A DNA stretch of 64,000 nt, from NCBI GenBank assembly GCA_030390025.1, contig CM059431.1, positions 136,898,001-136,962,000 on the forward strand, read 5' to 3'. The first letter of the stretch is position 1, and every line of letters begins with the position of its first letter. Under the pieces are notes generated by a model that was given only the letters and a program-made list of their open reading frames with translations, was not told the origin of the DNA and searched no databases. This DNA comes from Squalus acanthias (lineage: Eukaryota). Of this stretch, positions 39,517 to 51,290 are shown one piece after another. Position numbers and translations under genes: made by a program.

Positions 39517-40928
39517 GCCTGTCTAGATCAGTCGGTGGAGCGTTGGATACTTAATCTAAATCACATGGTCCACCTCTGATTCTTCCCTTCCCTTCCTCGA
39601 CTTCTCTGTCTCCAGCTCGGGGGTAGGCTATTCACAAACATTCACTATAAGCCCACTGACTCCCACAGCTACCTGGACCACACTTCCTTCCACCCCGATT
39701 CCTGTAAGGATTCTATTCCATTCTCCCAGTTGTTCCGTCCCTGCCGCATCTGCTCTGACGGTGCCACCTTCCATACTAGTGCTTCCGACATGTCTACCTT
39801 TTTCCTCAAACGTGGTTGACACGGCCCTTGACCTTGTCCGTTCCATTTCCCGCACTACTGCTCTCACCCCTGCCCCTCTCTCCCGGAACCACGATAGGGT
39901 TCCCCCTGTCTTCACCTTTCACCCCACCAGCCTCCGCATTCAATGGATCATCCTTCACCATTTCTGCCACTTCCAGCGTGATCCCACCACCAAACACATC
40001 TTCCCCTCACCTCCCCTTTCAGCATTCCGAAGGGGCTGCTCCCTCTGCAACACCCTGGTCCACTCCTATATCATCCCCAACACCCCTTCCCCTTCGCCCG
40101 GCACCTTCCCATGCAAGCGCAGGAGATGCAACACCTCCCCTTTTTAACTCCTCCCTTCCCACTATCCAGGGCCCCAGACAAACTTCCAGGTGAAACAGCG
40201 ATTCACTTGTACTTCTTGCAAATTAGTATACTATATTCGCTGCTCACGATGTGCTCTCCTCTACATTGGGGAAAGTAATGGCAGATTGGATGACCGCATT
40301 GCGGAGCATCTCCATTCAGTCCGTAAGGGTGACCCTGAGCTTATGGTCGCCTGTCACTTTAATACTCAGCTCCACTCCCACTCCGACCTCTCCATCCTCG
40401 GCCTATTACACTGTTCCAATGAAGCTCAACGTAAGCTCGAGGAACAGCACCTCATCTTTCGATGAGGCACTATACAGCCTTCTGGACTCAACATCGAGTT
40501 CAACAACTTCAAACTATAACCTCTGCCCCTATCTTTTTTTTTATCTCTTTCACATGGCAGCTGTTGATCATCCTGCCATTGCCATTTACACTTCATCTAG
40601 AGTCATCTTTTGTTTCTTAACTTGTTCCATTACCATCTCCTTTTGCCTTGCACCATCATCCCTTTTGTCTCTTAATCTCTCCTGCCTTCCATCCTATCAC
40701 AGATCTTCCCTTATGTTCATTCCTCCCCACCCACCTCTCCCTGCCCCTACACTTGCTTAAAAATCTGTTACATCTCCAACTTTTTCAGTTCTGACGTAGT
40801 GTCATCGACCTGAAACGTTAACTCTGGTTCTCTATCTACAGATGCTGTCTGACCTGCTGAGTATTTCCATCATTTTCTGTTTTTATTTCTTAATCTCAGC
40901 GTCATTTATTCGAGGCCCACTTTAGGCG
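39517..40928 (+). pseudogene. tRNA-Lys(CTT) pseudogene split by a Penelope-like insertion (5' half 39517-39557, 3' half 40889-40928)
   Basis: 5' half GCCTGTCTAGATCAGTCGGTGGAGCGTTGGATACTTAATCT; 3' half CTTAATCTCAGCGTCATTTATTCGAGGCCCACTTTAGGCG. Confidence 0.85.
39558..40888 (+). mobile_element. 5'-truncated Penelope-like retroelement (RT C-terminus, GIY-YIG endonuclease, 3' pLTR)
   Basis: Reads PFLDFSV...YKPTDSHSYLDHTSFHP...RICS (frameshifted). ORF 40190-40465 LVYYIRCSRCALLYIGES...RIAEH...HFN is GIY-YIG-like. 8-bp flanking duplication CTTAATCT. Decayed hammerhead core at 40791-40820. Confidence 0.92.
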
Positions 40929-40953
40929 AATATTTTTCATTTGCTTTCTGTGA

Positions 40954-41041
40954 GTCAAGATGGCCGAGCGGATGAAGATGCTGTTTCTAAATCGCGGTGT
41001 ATTTTCCCTACAGGCGTGGGTTCGAACGCCCACTTATGACA
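40954..41041 (+). pseudogene. tRNA-Leu(CAG)-derived pseudogene
   Basis: GTCAAGATGGCCGAGCGG...GGCGTGGGTTCGAACGCCCACTTATGACA; A and B boxes recognisable, anticodon arm degenerate. Confidence 0.82.
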
Positions 41042-41189
41042 TACTGATCCTTTCACTTCTCCGTGCAATTGTATTTTATGGAATTCGCTGCAACTGCTTC
41101 TTCGGCCCAGGATGATTTGTTACCATCAGAACCTAACCCTCGGATTGTTCGCCTTTAGGCAGAGAAAGTTAAGGGGCGAACTAAAAAAA

Positions 41190-41705
41190 AATATTCAAAA
41201 TAATGAGGCGTTTCGATAGAGAAAGGTGAAGCTGCTTCCTCGGGCGAGTGGATCGAGAACCACAGGTCATAGGTTTAAAATAATTGTCAAAAAAACCTAG
41301 ATAATTTAATATTAAGGGAATCAAGGGATATGGTGATAGTTTAGGAAAGTGGAGATGAGGTAGAAGATAAACCATGATCTTATTAAACGGAGAAGCAGGC
41401 TCAAAGGGCCAAATGGCCTACTCCTGCTCCTATTTATTGTGTAGAGGGGCCATTCGGAATTTTTTTTCACACAGAGGGTTGTTAAATCTGGAACGCATTA
41501 CCTGAAAGAATGGAGGAATCAGATTCCATAGAATTTTGAAAAGGCAATTGGTCATGTATTTGAAGATAACTAATTAGCAGGGTTGTGGGGAAATAGCAGC
41601 GGTGTGGGAATACATTGGACAGTTCTTTCAAAGAGCCGGCACAGGCAGGACCAGCCGAATGACCTCATTCTGTGCTGTAAGATTCTATGATCCTAAGATT
41701 CTAGG
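41190..41705 (+). mobile_element. Old CR1 3'-end remnants (two pieces)
   Basis: Contains the GGCCAAATGGCCTACTCCTGCTCCTA tail motif, TTCACACAGAGGGTTG...TGGAACGCATTACCTG, and a degenerate TTCTATGA-like tail. Confidence 0.7.
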
Positions 41706-42079
41706 ATTTAATGACTTCGGCCTCTTGTGCATCCACCATTCTCTTCACTCTATATATAGTCTACTATAATCTGTGTCTCACTCTTTGGAATTTCCTACCC
41801 AAACCTTCCATCTCCTTAAAACAGTAAGCTTTGAGGAGACTTTTGACACACATCTTAATAACTCCTTTGAATTTCGCTTCCATATTTTCGATCACACCTC
41901 TATAAAGCGCATTGGGAGATCCACCAGAATTTGAGAGGTGGCCATGGTTCATTAAGCTGCGTTTAACACTTTACTGAATACGTGTGTTAGTATCTGTTTT
42001 TTACATTAACTAAATGAGGGCATCTGGCGCTACTCTCCCTGACACTGGAGAACTTGTGAGACAGATTTTATAGCAAGGT

Positions 42080-42454
42080 TATGACAGGTCTGGACAAACT
42101 AGATGCAGGAAGAATATTACCGATGGTCGGGGAGTCCAGAACCAGGGGTCATAATCTACGGATAACGGGTAAACCATTTAGGACAGAAATGAGGAAGAAT
42201 TTCTTCACCCAGAGAGTGGTGAACCTGTGGAATTCTCTACCACAGAAGGTAGTTTAGGCGAAGTCATTAAATATATTCAAGGATGAGTTAGATATATTTC
42301 TTAAAGCTAAAGGTATCAAGGGATATGGGGAGAAGGCAGGTACAGGGTACTGAGTTTGATGATCAGCCATGAACTCATCGAATGGCGGAGCAGGCTCGAG
42401 GGGCCGAATGGCCTACTCCTGCTCCTATCTTCTATGTTTCTATGTTTCTATGTT
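42080..42454 (+). mobile_element. Short CR1 3' fragment (HER1-like)
   Basis: Encodes TRGHNLRI...FFTQRVVNLWNSLP, followed by a 3' UTR and (TCTATGTT)n tail. Confidence 0.9.
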
Positions 42455-42519
42455 GTGAAAAAGCAATGAAAATATTCTTTCTGAATTATCCAGAGTCCAA
42501 TCAACGCTAAAATTTGTCT

Positions 42520-42591
42520 TGACCCCGACATGATTTAAACACGCAGCCTTCTGATCTGGACTCAGACGCGCTACCGTCGCGCCACGAGGTC
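42520..42591 (-). tRNA. tRNA-Trp(CCA), full length but probably a pseudogene
   Basis: GACCTCGTGGCGCGACGGTAGCGCGTCTGAGTCCAGATCAGAAGGCTGCGTGTTTAAATCATGTCGGGGTCA; near-identical to vertebrate Trp-CCA but with A14G, C32G and T-loop TTC>TTT. Confidence 0.88.
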
Positions 42592-42969
42592 CGCGTGTGG
42601 ATAACCAGAAGGGATGTTTATTTATATCAATGTTTCTCAAACACTGATTCATTCTTCCGCGTGATGGTGTAGGAGGGCTTTCAAATTCCGACCACTCGCA
42701 CCGGGTGTCAGACAGAGTCAGAAGCAGCGCTCACCTGTCAGTCACTGTATCACGCCCGCTTTCAGCACCTGCTGCCCGCAGACTGCAGCCAATCCAATTA
42801 CACGCACCGATTCCCCAGAATCATCACATCACAGGAAAATAAACCAGGAAAATGCTCAAAACACACAACAGGTCGATCAGCTTCTGAAAAACAAATAAAC
42901 GTTCAGCTTGTAGACAGTTGTTAGAACTACAAACAAGTGTGAAAATATAAACTGCGGGTGTGTATGTAA

Positions 42970-44095
42970 AGAATCACAGAAACTCACAGCACAGCAGGAG
43001 GACATTCGGCCCGTCGTGCCTGTGCTGGCTTAGAAAGAGCAGCCGTGCTTAGTCCTTAACCCCCGCTTTTTGTCCGTAACCCTGTAAGTTCCTCATCCAC
43101 AAGTACCTGTGCAACACCCTTTAAAATTATTTATGGAATCAGCTTCCACCACCTGTTCTGGTAGAGCGTTCCAGATACTAACAAATCTATGAGTGAAAAC
43201 ATTCTGCTCATTCCCCCCTCTGTTGCGAGTGATTTTAAATCTATAACCTCTGGTTATTGACGCTATCGCCAGAGGGAATAGTTTATCTTTATATACTCTA
43301 TCAAAACCTCCCATCGTCTTGAAATCCTCCAATAGGTCTCCTCTTAACCTTCTCTGTTCGAAGGAAAACAGTCCTAACTTTTCCAAACCCTCCTCATAAC
43401 AGAGGGCCCTCATCCCTGGAAACATCCTGGTAAACCACCTCTGTTCCCTTTCTAAGGTCTTTACATCTTTCCTGAAGTGTGATGCACAGAATTGTCATGA
43501 ATACTCCAGCTGAGGCCTAACCAGTGATTTATAAAGTTCTAGCATTATGTCTTCGCTTGTATATTCTATGCCTCTATTTATAAACCCAAGTAACCCATAT
43601 ACCCTTTTAAATACCTTATCAAATTGCCCTGCCGCCTTTATGATTTGTGTATATGAAGATCAAGGACTCTCTGCTCATTTACACGTTTGAAAATTGCACC
43701 ATTTATATTTTACTGTCTTTCCATAAGTTTCCTCCCAAAGAGCATCACTTCACACTTTTCTGCATTGAACTCCATCTGCCATGCTTCTGCCCATTTCACC
43801 CTCCTGTCTATGTCATCCTGAAATCTACCACGATCCTCATCACTATCTTGCAAAGATTCACAGCATCTGTAAACTGCATCATACTGCTCCTTACACATGA
43901 GACCAGGTCGTTTATACGAATTGAAAAGAGTAATGGGCCCAAAACTGTCCCTTGGGGAGCAGCACTGGTAACCACCTCCCCGTCTGAAAAACATCCATCC
44001 TCACCCTTTGCTTCCTGTCAGTAAGACAATTCCATAACCTTACCAACATTTTTACCTAATTCCATGAGCTTCCATCTTCTTAACATGCCTCCTGT
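42970..44095 (-). mobile_element. Degraded CR1 LINE 3' portion
   Basis: Minus-strand peptides WQMEFNAEKCEV, RRLRGDL, TRGYRFK and VSIWNALP, with frameshifts. Confidence 0.85.
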
Positions 44096-44127
44096 GTGGG
44101 AGTGATGTTTATACATAAAGTTAGTGT

Positions 44128-47100
44128 TTAGTCCCTGGATATCAGTGAACAACTGTGCTAGTCATTGGGTATCACTGTCTAGCGGGAATATTCCCCGTGT
44201 ATCACTGACCAACTGTGCTAGTCCCGGCGTTTCTCTGATTAGCCGTGCTAGTCCCTGGGTATCCCTGACTAGCTGAACTAGACCTTGGGAATCTCTCTCC
44301 AGCTGTGCTGGTCCCTGGGAATCCCTGTCCAGCGGTGCTTTTCCCTGGGTATCGCTGACCATCTGTGCTAGTCCCTGGGTATCTCTGTCCAGCTGTGCTT
44401 GTCGCTGGGTATCTCTGTCCAGCTGAGCTAGTCACTGTGTATCTCTGTACAGCTGAGCCAGTCCCTGGGTATCTCTGACCAGCTGTCCTATTCCCTGGTT
44501 ATCTCTGTCCAGCTGTGCTAGTCCCTGGGTATCACTGTCCAGCTGTGATAGTCCCTGGGTTTTCCTGTCCAGCGGTGCTAGTCCCTGGGTATCTCTGTCC
44601 ATCTGAGCTAGTCCCTGGGTATCTCTGTCCATCTGAGCTAGACCCTGGGTATCTCTGTCCGGCTGAGCTAGTCCCTGGGTATCTGTGTCCAGCTGTGCTA
44701 GTCCCTGGGTATCTCTGTCCAGCTGTGCTAGTCCCTGGGTATCTTTGTACAGCTGATCTAGTCACTGGGTATCTCTGTCCAGTTGATCTAGTCCCTGGGT
44801 ATCTCTGTCGAGTTGATCTAGTCCCTGGGTATCTCTGTCCAGCTGTGCTAGTCCCTGGGTATGTCTGTCCAGCTGTGCTAGTCTCTGTGTATCTCTGTTC
44901 AGCTGATCTAGTCCCTGGGTATCTCTGTCCAGTTGAGCTAGTCCATGGGTATCCCTGTCCAGCTGTGCTAGTCCTTGGTATTCCTGTCTAGCTGAGCGAG
45001 TCCCTGGGTATCTCTGTTCTGCTGTGCTAGTCCATGGGTTTCCCTGTCCAGCTGTGCTACTCCATGGTTATTCCTGTCTAGCTGAGCGAGTCCCTGGTTA
45101 TCTCTGTCCAGCTGTGCTAGTCCCTGGTATCTCTGTCCAGATGTGCTAGTCCCTGGGTATCCCTGACCAGCTGTGTTATTCCCTGGGTACCCCTGTCCAG
45201 CTGTGCTAGTCCCTGGGTATCTCTGTGCAGCTGTGCTAATCCCTGGTTATCCCTGTACAGCTGAGCTAGCCCCTGGGTATCTCTGTCCAGCTGTGCTAGT
45301 CCCTGGGTATCCCTGTCCAGATGTGCTAATCCCTGGTTATTCGGTCCAGCTGTGCTAGTCCCTGGGTATCTCTGTTTGGCTGAGCGAGCCCCTGGGTATC
45401 TCTGTCCAGCTGTGATACCCCTGGGTATTTTTGTCCAGATGTACTAGTCTCTGGGTATCTTTGTCCAGACGTGCTAGTCCCTGGGTATCTCTGTCCAGCT
45501 GTGCTAGTCCCTGGGTATCTTTGTACAGCTGTGCTAGTCCCTGGGTATCTTTGTACAGCTGTGCTAGTCCCTGGGTATCTGTGTCCAGCTGTGCTTGTCC
45601 CTGGGTATCTCTGTCCAGCTGTGCTAGTCCCTGGGTATCTTTGTACAGCTGATCTAGTCCCTGGGTATCTCTGTCGAGTTGATCTAGTCCCTGGGTATCT
45701 CTGCAGTTGATCTAGTCCCTGGTTATCTCTGTCCAGTTTTGCTAGTCCCTGGGTATGTCTGTCAAGCTGTGCTAGTCTCTGTGTATCTCTGTTCAGCTGA
45801 TCTAGTCCCTGGGTGTCTCTGTCCAGTTGAGCTAGTCCATGGGTATCCCTGTCCAGCTGTGCTAGTCCATGGTATTCCTGTCTAGCTGAGCGAGTCACTG
45901 GGTATCTCTGTTCTGCTCTGCTAGTCCATGGGTTTCCCTGTCCAGCTGTGCTAGTCCATGGTTATTCCTGTCTAGCTGAGCGAGTCCCTGGGTATCTCTG
46001 TCCAGATCTGCTAGTCCCTGGTTATTCCTGTCTAGCTGAGCGAGTCCCTGGTTATCTCTGTCCAGCTGTGCTAGTCCCTGGGTATCTCTGTCCAGATGTG
46101 CTAGTCCCTGGGTATCCCTGACCAGCTGTGTTATTCCCTGGGTATCCCTGTCCAGCTGTGCTAGTCCCTGGGTATATCTGTCCAGCTGTGCTAATCCCTG
46201 GTTATCCCTGTCCAGCTGAGCTAGCCCCTGGGTATCTCTGTCCAGCTGTGCTAGTCCCTGGGTATCCCTGTCCAGATGTGCTAATCCCTGGTTATTCGGT
46301 CCAGCTGTGCTAGTCCCTGGGTATCTCTGTTTGGCTGAGCGAGCCCCTGGGTACCTCTGTCCAGCTGTGATAGTCCCTGGGTATCTTTGTCCAGATGTGC
46401 TAGTCTCTGGGTATCTTTGTCCAGACGTGCTAGTCCCTGGGTATGTCTGTCCAGCAAAGCTAATCCCTGGGTATCCCTGTCCAGCTGTGCCAGCCCCTGG
46501 GTATCTCTGTCCATCTGTGCCACTCCCTGGTTAACCCTGTCCAGCTATGCAAGTCTCTGGGCATCACTTCCCAGCTGAGCTTGTCCCTGGGTATCTCGAT
46601 GCAGCTGTGCTAATCCCGGGGTATCTCGGTCCAGCCGTGCTTGACCCTGGGTTTATCGGTCCAACTGAGCTAGTCCCTGGGTATCTCTGTCCAGCTGAGC
46701 TAGTCCCTGGGTATGTCTGTCTAGCTGAGCGAGTCCCTGGGTATCTCTGTCCAGCTGTGCTAGTCCCTGGGTATCTCTGTCCAGCTATGCTGGTCCCTGG
46801 GTATCTCTGTCCAGCTATGCTAGTCCTTGGGTATCTCTCACCAGCTGTACTAGTCCCAGGTTATCTCTGTCTAGCTGAGCTAGTCCCTGGGTATCCCTGT
46901 CCAACTGAGCTAGTCCCTCGGTATCTCTGTCTAGCTGAGCGAGTCCCTGGCTATCTCTGTCTAGCTGTGCTAGTCCCTGGGTATCTCTGTCCAGCTGTGC
47001 TAGTCCCTGGGTATCTCTGTCCAGCTATGCTAGTCCTTGGGTATCTCTGACCAGCTGTACTAGTCCCAGGTTATCTCTGTCCAGCTGTGCTAGTCCCTGG

Positions 47101-47575
47101 GTATCTCTGTCCAGCTGTGCTAGTCCCTGGGTATCTCTGTCCAGCTGTGCTAGTCCCTGGATATCTCTGTCCAGCTATGCTGGTCCCAGGGTATCTCTGT
47201 CCATCTGTGCTAGTCCCCTGGTATCTCGGTCCAGCTGATCTAGTCCCAGGGTATCTCGGTCAATCTGAGCTAATCCATGGGTGTGCCTGTCCAGCTGAGC
47301 TAGTCGCAGTGTATCCCTCTCCAGTTGTATTAGTCCCTAGGTATCTCTGTCCAGCTGTGCTATTCCCTGGCTATCTCGGTCCAACTGAGCTAGTCCCTGG
47401 TTTTCTCTGTCTAGCTGAGCTTGGCCCGTGTGATCCCTGTCTCGTGTACTAGTCTCTGTGTATCGCTCTCCAGCTGACCTAGTTCCTGTGTATAGCTGTA
47501 CAGCTGTGTTAGTCCCTGCGTATCCCTGTCCAGCTGTGCTTGGCCGGGGTGATCCCTGTCCAGCTGAGCTAGTCA
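44128..47575. repeat. 30-bp minisatellite (GTCCCTGGGTATCTCTGTCCAGCTGTGCTA), roughly 115 units
   Basis: Direct periodicity giving the 10-aa repeat VPGYLCPAVL. Internal block duplication of about 0.9-0.95 kb (45173 vs 46128). Edges more diverged than the centre. Confidence 0.97.
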
Positions 47576-47909
47576 GAGCTGAAGCAGTTTGAATTAGTCC
47601 CTCAATGTCTCACCGTGGAAACTAGATTTTGAGAATAATCGGTTGTGACCGCGCCCAAACAAAACTCGCTGCAGTCACAGAACTAGAATGGCCATTTCCC
47701 GGAGGCGGAGGGCAGCCGGTTGCCGTCCAAATGGATTCAGGACTTTCAGTGATGACATTCGGGAGCTCCTCCGGGATTTTAATGATTTTGTAATGTATAT
47801 TTTCCCGTGTGATTTGTGTCGTTTCGAGCAGTGAAATGTGTGTTAAAGAGAGTCAGCATTTCAACTTCTTCCTCAACACTGTCTCTGATCTGAGGTCAAA
47901 AAGTAAGAA

Positions 47910-47963
47910 GTTTAAGCAGCTTAGCGCTTATCACCTCCGTCTCACATGGGAAAGGTCCCTGGT
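47910..47963 (+). pseudogene. Truncated tRNA-Val(CAC) remnant
   Basis: GTTTAAGCAGCTTAGCGCTTATCACCTCCGTCTCACATGGGAAAGGTCCCTGGT aligns with Val-CAC (...TTATCAC...CTCACA..GAAAGGTCCC.GGT) up to the T loop. Confidence 0.6.
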
Positions 47964-48071
47964 CACTCCGCAAATATTTCATTCAAAGTGCAACAGAGAT
48001 TTGAGAGTTTGTTCATATTGGTTGAAACAATGATTCTTCATCTGACGGATTAACTGTTTTGTAAACATTGC

Positions 48072-48142
48072 TGCCCTGGCGGGGAACCAACCCCGGGCCG
48101 AAGGGTGAGAACACCGAATCCTAAACACTGGGCTACCAGGGA
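48072..48142 (-). pseudogene. tRNA-Glu(CTC) pseudogene
   Basis: TCCCTGGTAGCCCAGTGTTTAGGATTCGGTGTTCTCACCCTTCGGCCCGGGGTTGGTTCCCCGCCAGGGCA matches Glu-CTC; B box degenerate. Confidence 0.82.
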
Positions 48143-48944
48143 GCACTGAGTTCAAATGTTGCAATCTTTGTAAATGTAATGCAATTCATCCGTGTTAAAT
48201 ATAGACAATGTTTTTTTTATTTCTTGTGTTGGATGTTCTGTACATGGATTCCACGGTTCTGCTGCTGACAAATCTTATTTACAGGGATCTGTAATATTGA
48301 TTCATTTATTCGGATGAATATGTCTCAATCGAACAGTATTTTCTGGCTATTTCTTTGTTACATTTCAATTACACGTAAACACATTTATACAGAACACAGA
48401 TACACACAAATACATTGATAAAGAACACACAGATACACAGAAGTGTATTCATCACTAGCTCACTGATACACCCAAAATCCATTTAGACGTATCACAATTT
48501 CAATCATAGATCTTCATAGATTCATAACATGAGGTATATTATACAAAAATAAAATAAATGTACAACTGACACACTTACAAAGTATCGCACTCATCACACA
48601 AACACACACTTTGTATATACATGACACCCATATATACACACACAGAGTTTATATTGTCACACCGCCCTTTATGCAGTTCCGGGAACAATCTACACTCCAA
48701 AACTTTGCTTGTATTTCACAAGCTGCCCGTCCTGTTGTGTATTTGGTGCAGTTTCCTGCTTCCATAGTGGGGATTCTGAGTGATGATTCTGGGGCTCGGT
48801 GCGTGTAATTGGATTTGCTGCAGTCCGCTGTCAACATGTGATGAAAGCGGGCCTGAAATTGTCGCTGACAGCTGAACGCTGGACGATGAATTGGCTTTAG
48901 CTTTCTCCAATGTGTTTGTCCGTTGTTCACAGGTCACTGGAAAT

Positions 48945-49405
48945 TCATAGAATCATAGAATAGTACAGCACAGAGGGAGACCATTCGGCCCATCGAGTCT
49001 GTGCCAGCTCTGTCACATAGCAATCCATGAAGTCCCACTTCCCGCTCTTTCCCCATATCCCTGCCATTTTTATCTTTCGAGTATTTATCCAATTCACTTT
49101 TGAGGGCTGCTATTGCATTTGTTTCCAGCACCCTATCAGGCAGTGCATTACAAAACCTATCCACTCGTTGCGTAAAAAAGTATTTCTTCCTGTCGCCTCT
49201 GGTTCTTGTGCCACTCACCCTAAATCTGAATGCTCTGGTTATCGAATCTTCAGCCATTGGAAACAGTTCCTATATATTGACTTTATCTAATCCTTTCATG
49301 AATTTAAACACCTCTATCAAATCTCCTCTTCGCCTCCTCTTCGCTAAGGAGAACAACCCCAGCTTCTCCAGTCTATTCACGTCACTATAATCCCTCATCC
49401 ATGAA
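48945..49405 (-). mobile_element. Degraded CR1 3' fragment
   Basis: Peptide FFTQRVDRFCNALP and a (TTCTATGA)n tail on the minus strand. Confidence 0.8.
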
Positions 49406-49568
49406 ATTTATTTTTCTTTCGATTGGAAACGCGAAAAGCCAAGACATGCAATGAGATAGGAGTCTATTTTGATTCATTTAAAGGAGACTTCTAAAATCAC
49501 CGAGTGCTAATTTAAAATCACGGTTACAGTTTGTTTCAGTGTTTAAGGAGTGGATTGAAAATAACAAT

Positions 49569-49655
49569 AAAACGCCAGACAGCGCCCGCGGTGAGACAGA
49601 TTCGAAATCCTGATGAAGTTGGTGCTGCGAATTAACCGCTGAGCTAAAGCTGACC
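49569..49655 (-). ncRNA. VTRNA: Vault RNA gene, copy 1 (B box variant)
   Basis: GGTCAGCTTTAGCTCAGCGGTTAATTCG...GATTTCGAATC...CCGCGGGCGCTGTCTGGCGTTTT; 5' and 3' blocks match the conserved vertebrate vtRNA ends; T4 terminator. Confidence 0.85.
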
Positions 49656-49678
49656 CAGATCAAAGTCCCACAAAATAC

Positions 49679-49735
49679 TAAATATAAAGGGTGAGCTCAC
49701 AAATATCAGGCGCAGTGCGGGTCTGGTCAATGTCA
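49679..49735 (-). promoter_or_regulatory. Upstream elements of vault RNA copy 1 (TATA-like box, palindrome)
   Basis: TTTATATTTA at about -24 to -33 and the palindrome GTGAGCTCAC; both conserved in copy 2. Confidence 0.6.
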
Positions 49736-50594
49736 AACTCCTCCTTTCTCATTCAATAGAGGAAGGAGAGACTCAACGGAAGTCAGACGGCAAAAAGATT
49801 CATAAATAGAACAAAGAAAGTCACAAATACAAGTAATTCGAACTTCTAAATATTTTCAATGCACATTTCGCTCGCTTTATCTAAAAGCTGACTGCCATGA
49901 ATCTAAAAATGGCACCACGGGGTGTTTTGTTTACTGATGATTATTTCGTCAGGTTTGCAATTCACTATGTATTGGATATTGAAGAGAATCTCATTGTAAG
50001 ATGAGGGCACAACTTACCACGCTTAAAGCCACCGACTTGTCTAATGGCAGACAGAGTTTGTTCCAACACCTGTGCTACCAGACCCTTTCAATGCTTCCAA
50101 CAGCTAGATTGAAGATGCTTGTAATTCACATCCTGTGGAGAATGGGAGAGAAGAATGGAATATGCTGCATGAACATCAGAGAATGTGCGGAATGGGAGCA
50201 GAGAAATACTCCCACCTCATTGAAAGTTACCGACCATGATTCGAAGTAATTCGCGAGTCCACAATGAACGACTGAATACATTAATGATCTACTTAAAATC
50301 TAAATGGCACTGAGCTTCCAACGGACAGGTTCTCTTAAAGTCCTGCTGCAGTTTTAAAACTGACGAACTGCAATTTGTTATTCCAACTTTCAGCTAACAG
50401 TGGCGATTTTGGAGGTTGACTAGTGGAGATCAGGAATGGTTTATAATATCAGGAAGGACGATTTCAGCTCGGTGAACTTGCTTTCTATTTCTGAAATGTA
50501 TTTTCCGTTGTTCACAGGTCACGGGAAATTGGATTGGGCGCATTACAGCCTATTGGACTCAATATCGAGTTCATCAATTTCAGGTCAGAACCAC

Positions 50595-50945
50595 TGCTCC
50601 CATTTCCCGGACAGCAGCTGTTGGTAATGATTCTGCTGTTGTCATTTGCAGCCTCTCAGACACATCGCTTTTTCACCCATTACCATCCCTTTTGCATTGC
50701 ACCATCATCTCTTTGTCATTTAAACACTCCTGCCTTCCACCCTATCACTGACCTACCCGTTTGTGCTTTCCTCCCCCTCTCCCACCACTTTCCCTGCTTC
50801 TTGCTTAAAACCTGTTCTGATGAAAGGTCATCGACCTGAAACGTTAACTCTGCTTCTCTCTCCACAGATGCTGCCGGACCTGCTGAGCATTTCCACCATT
50901 TTCTGTTGTTATTTCAGATTTGCAGTATCCGCAGTGTTTGGCTTT
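50595..50945 (+). mobile_element. Penelope-like 3' fragment/pLTR with an intact minimal hammerhead core at 50814-50848
   Basis: Homologous to 40550-40888; contains GTT-CTGATGA-AAGGTCatcGACCT-GAAAC-GTT-AAC. Confidence 0.8.
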
Positions 50946-51124
50946 TGTCCGGCTAAAAGCCGAGACATTTGTTGTTTTCAGCATGACGGCTGAAATGGCC
51001 GGAATGACACGTAGGAGTCGTTTCTGAATCATTTAAAGGTAGGTTCTAAAAATCACGGAGTGTTAATTTAAAATCACGGTTATACTTTGTTTCAGTGTAA
51101 AAGGAGCGGATTGAAAATAACAAT

Positions 51125-51211
51125 AAAACGCCAGGCAGCGCCCGCGGTGAGACAGATTCGAACTCCTGATGAAGTTGGTGCTGCGAAGTAACCGCTGAGC
51201 TAAAGCTGACC
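51125..51211 (-). ncRNA. VTRNA: Vault RNA gene, copy 2 (canonical)
   Basis: GGTCAGCTTTAGCTCAGCGGTTACTTCGCAGCACCAACTTCATCAGGAGTTCGAATCTGTCTCACCGCGGGCGCTGCCTGGCGTTTT; A box TAGCTCAGCGG, B box GTTCGAATC, terminal stem GUCAG/CUGGC, T4 terminator. Confidence 0.92.
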
Positions 51212-51232
51212 CCGATCAAAGGGGAGAAACAC

Positions 51233-51290
51233 TAAATATAAAGGATGAGCTCACAAATATCAGGCGCAGTGCGGGTCTGGTCAACGTCAA
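51233..51290 (-). promoter_or_regulatory. Upstream elements of vault RNA copy 2 (TATA-like box, TGAGCTCA, CRE-like TGACGT)
   Basis: TTTATATTTA at 51233-51242, TGAGCTCA at 51246-51253, TGACGT at 51284-51289. Confidence 0.62.

Noticed and set aside
42659..42700. Possible internally deleted tRNA-Gly remnant (GCGTGATGGTGTAG...TTCAAATTCCGACCACTCGCA)
   Set aside because: Too short and diverged to support by eye.
44162..47452. ORFs with VPGYLCPAVL / RDTQGLAQLD repeats
   Set aside because: Translations of the 30-bp minisatellite, broken by stops and 1-bp indels.
48779..48870. C/D-box snoRNA-like motifs (GTGATGA...CTGA)
   Set aside because: No terminal stem or rRNA guide recognised, and no host intron evident; part of a locally duplicated segment.
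49569..51211. Reading the 87-nt Pol III units as tRNAs or tRNA-Sec
   Set aside because: No cloverleaf or anticodon arm; the ends match vault RNA instead.
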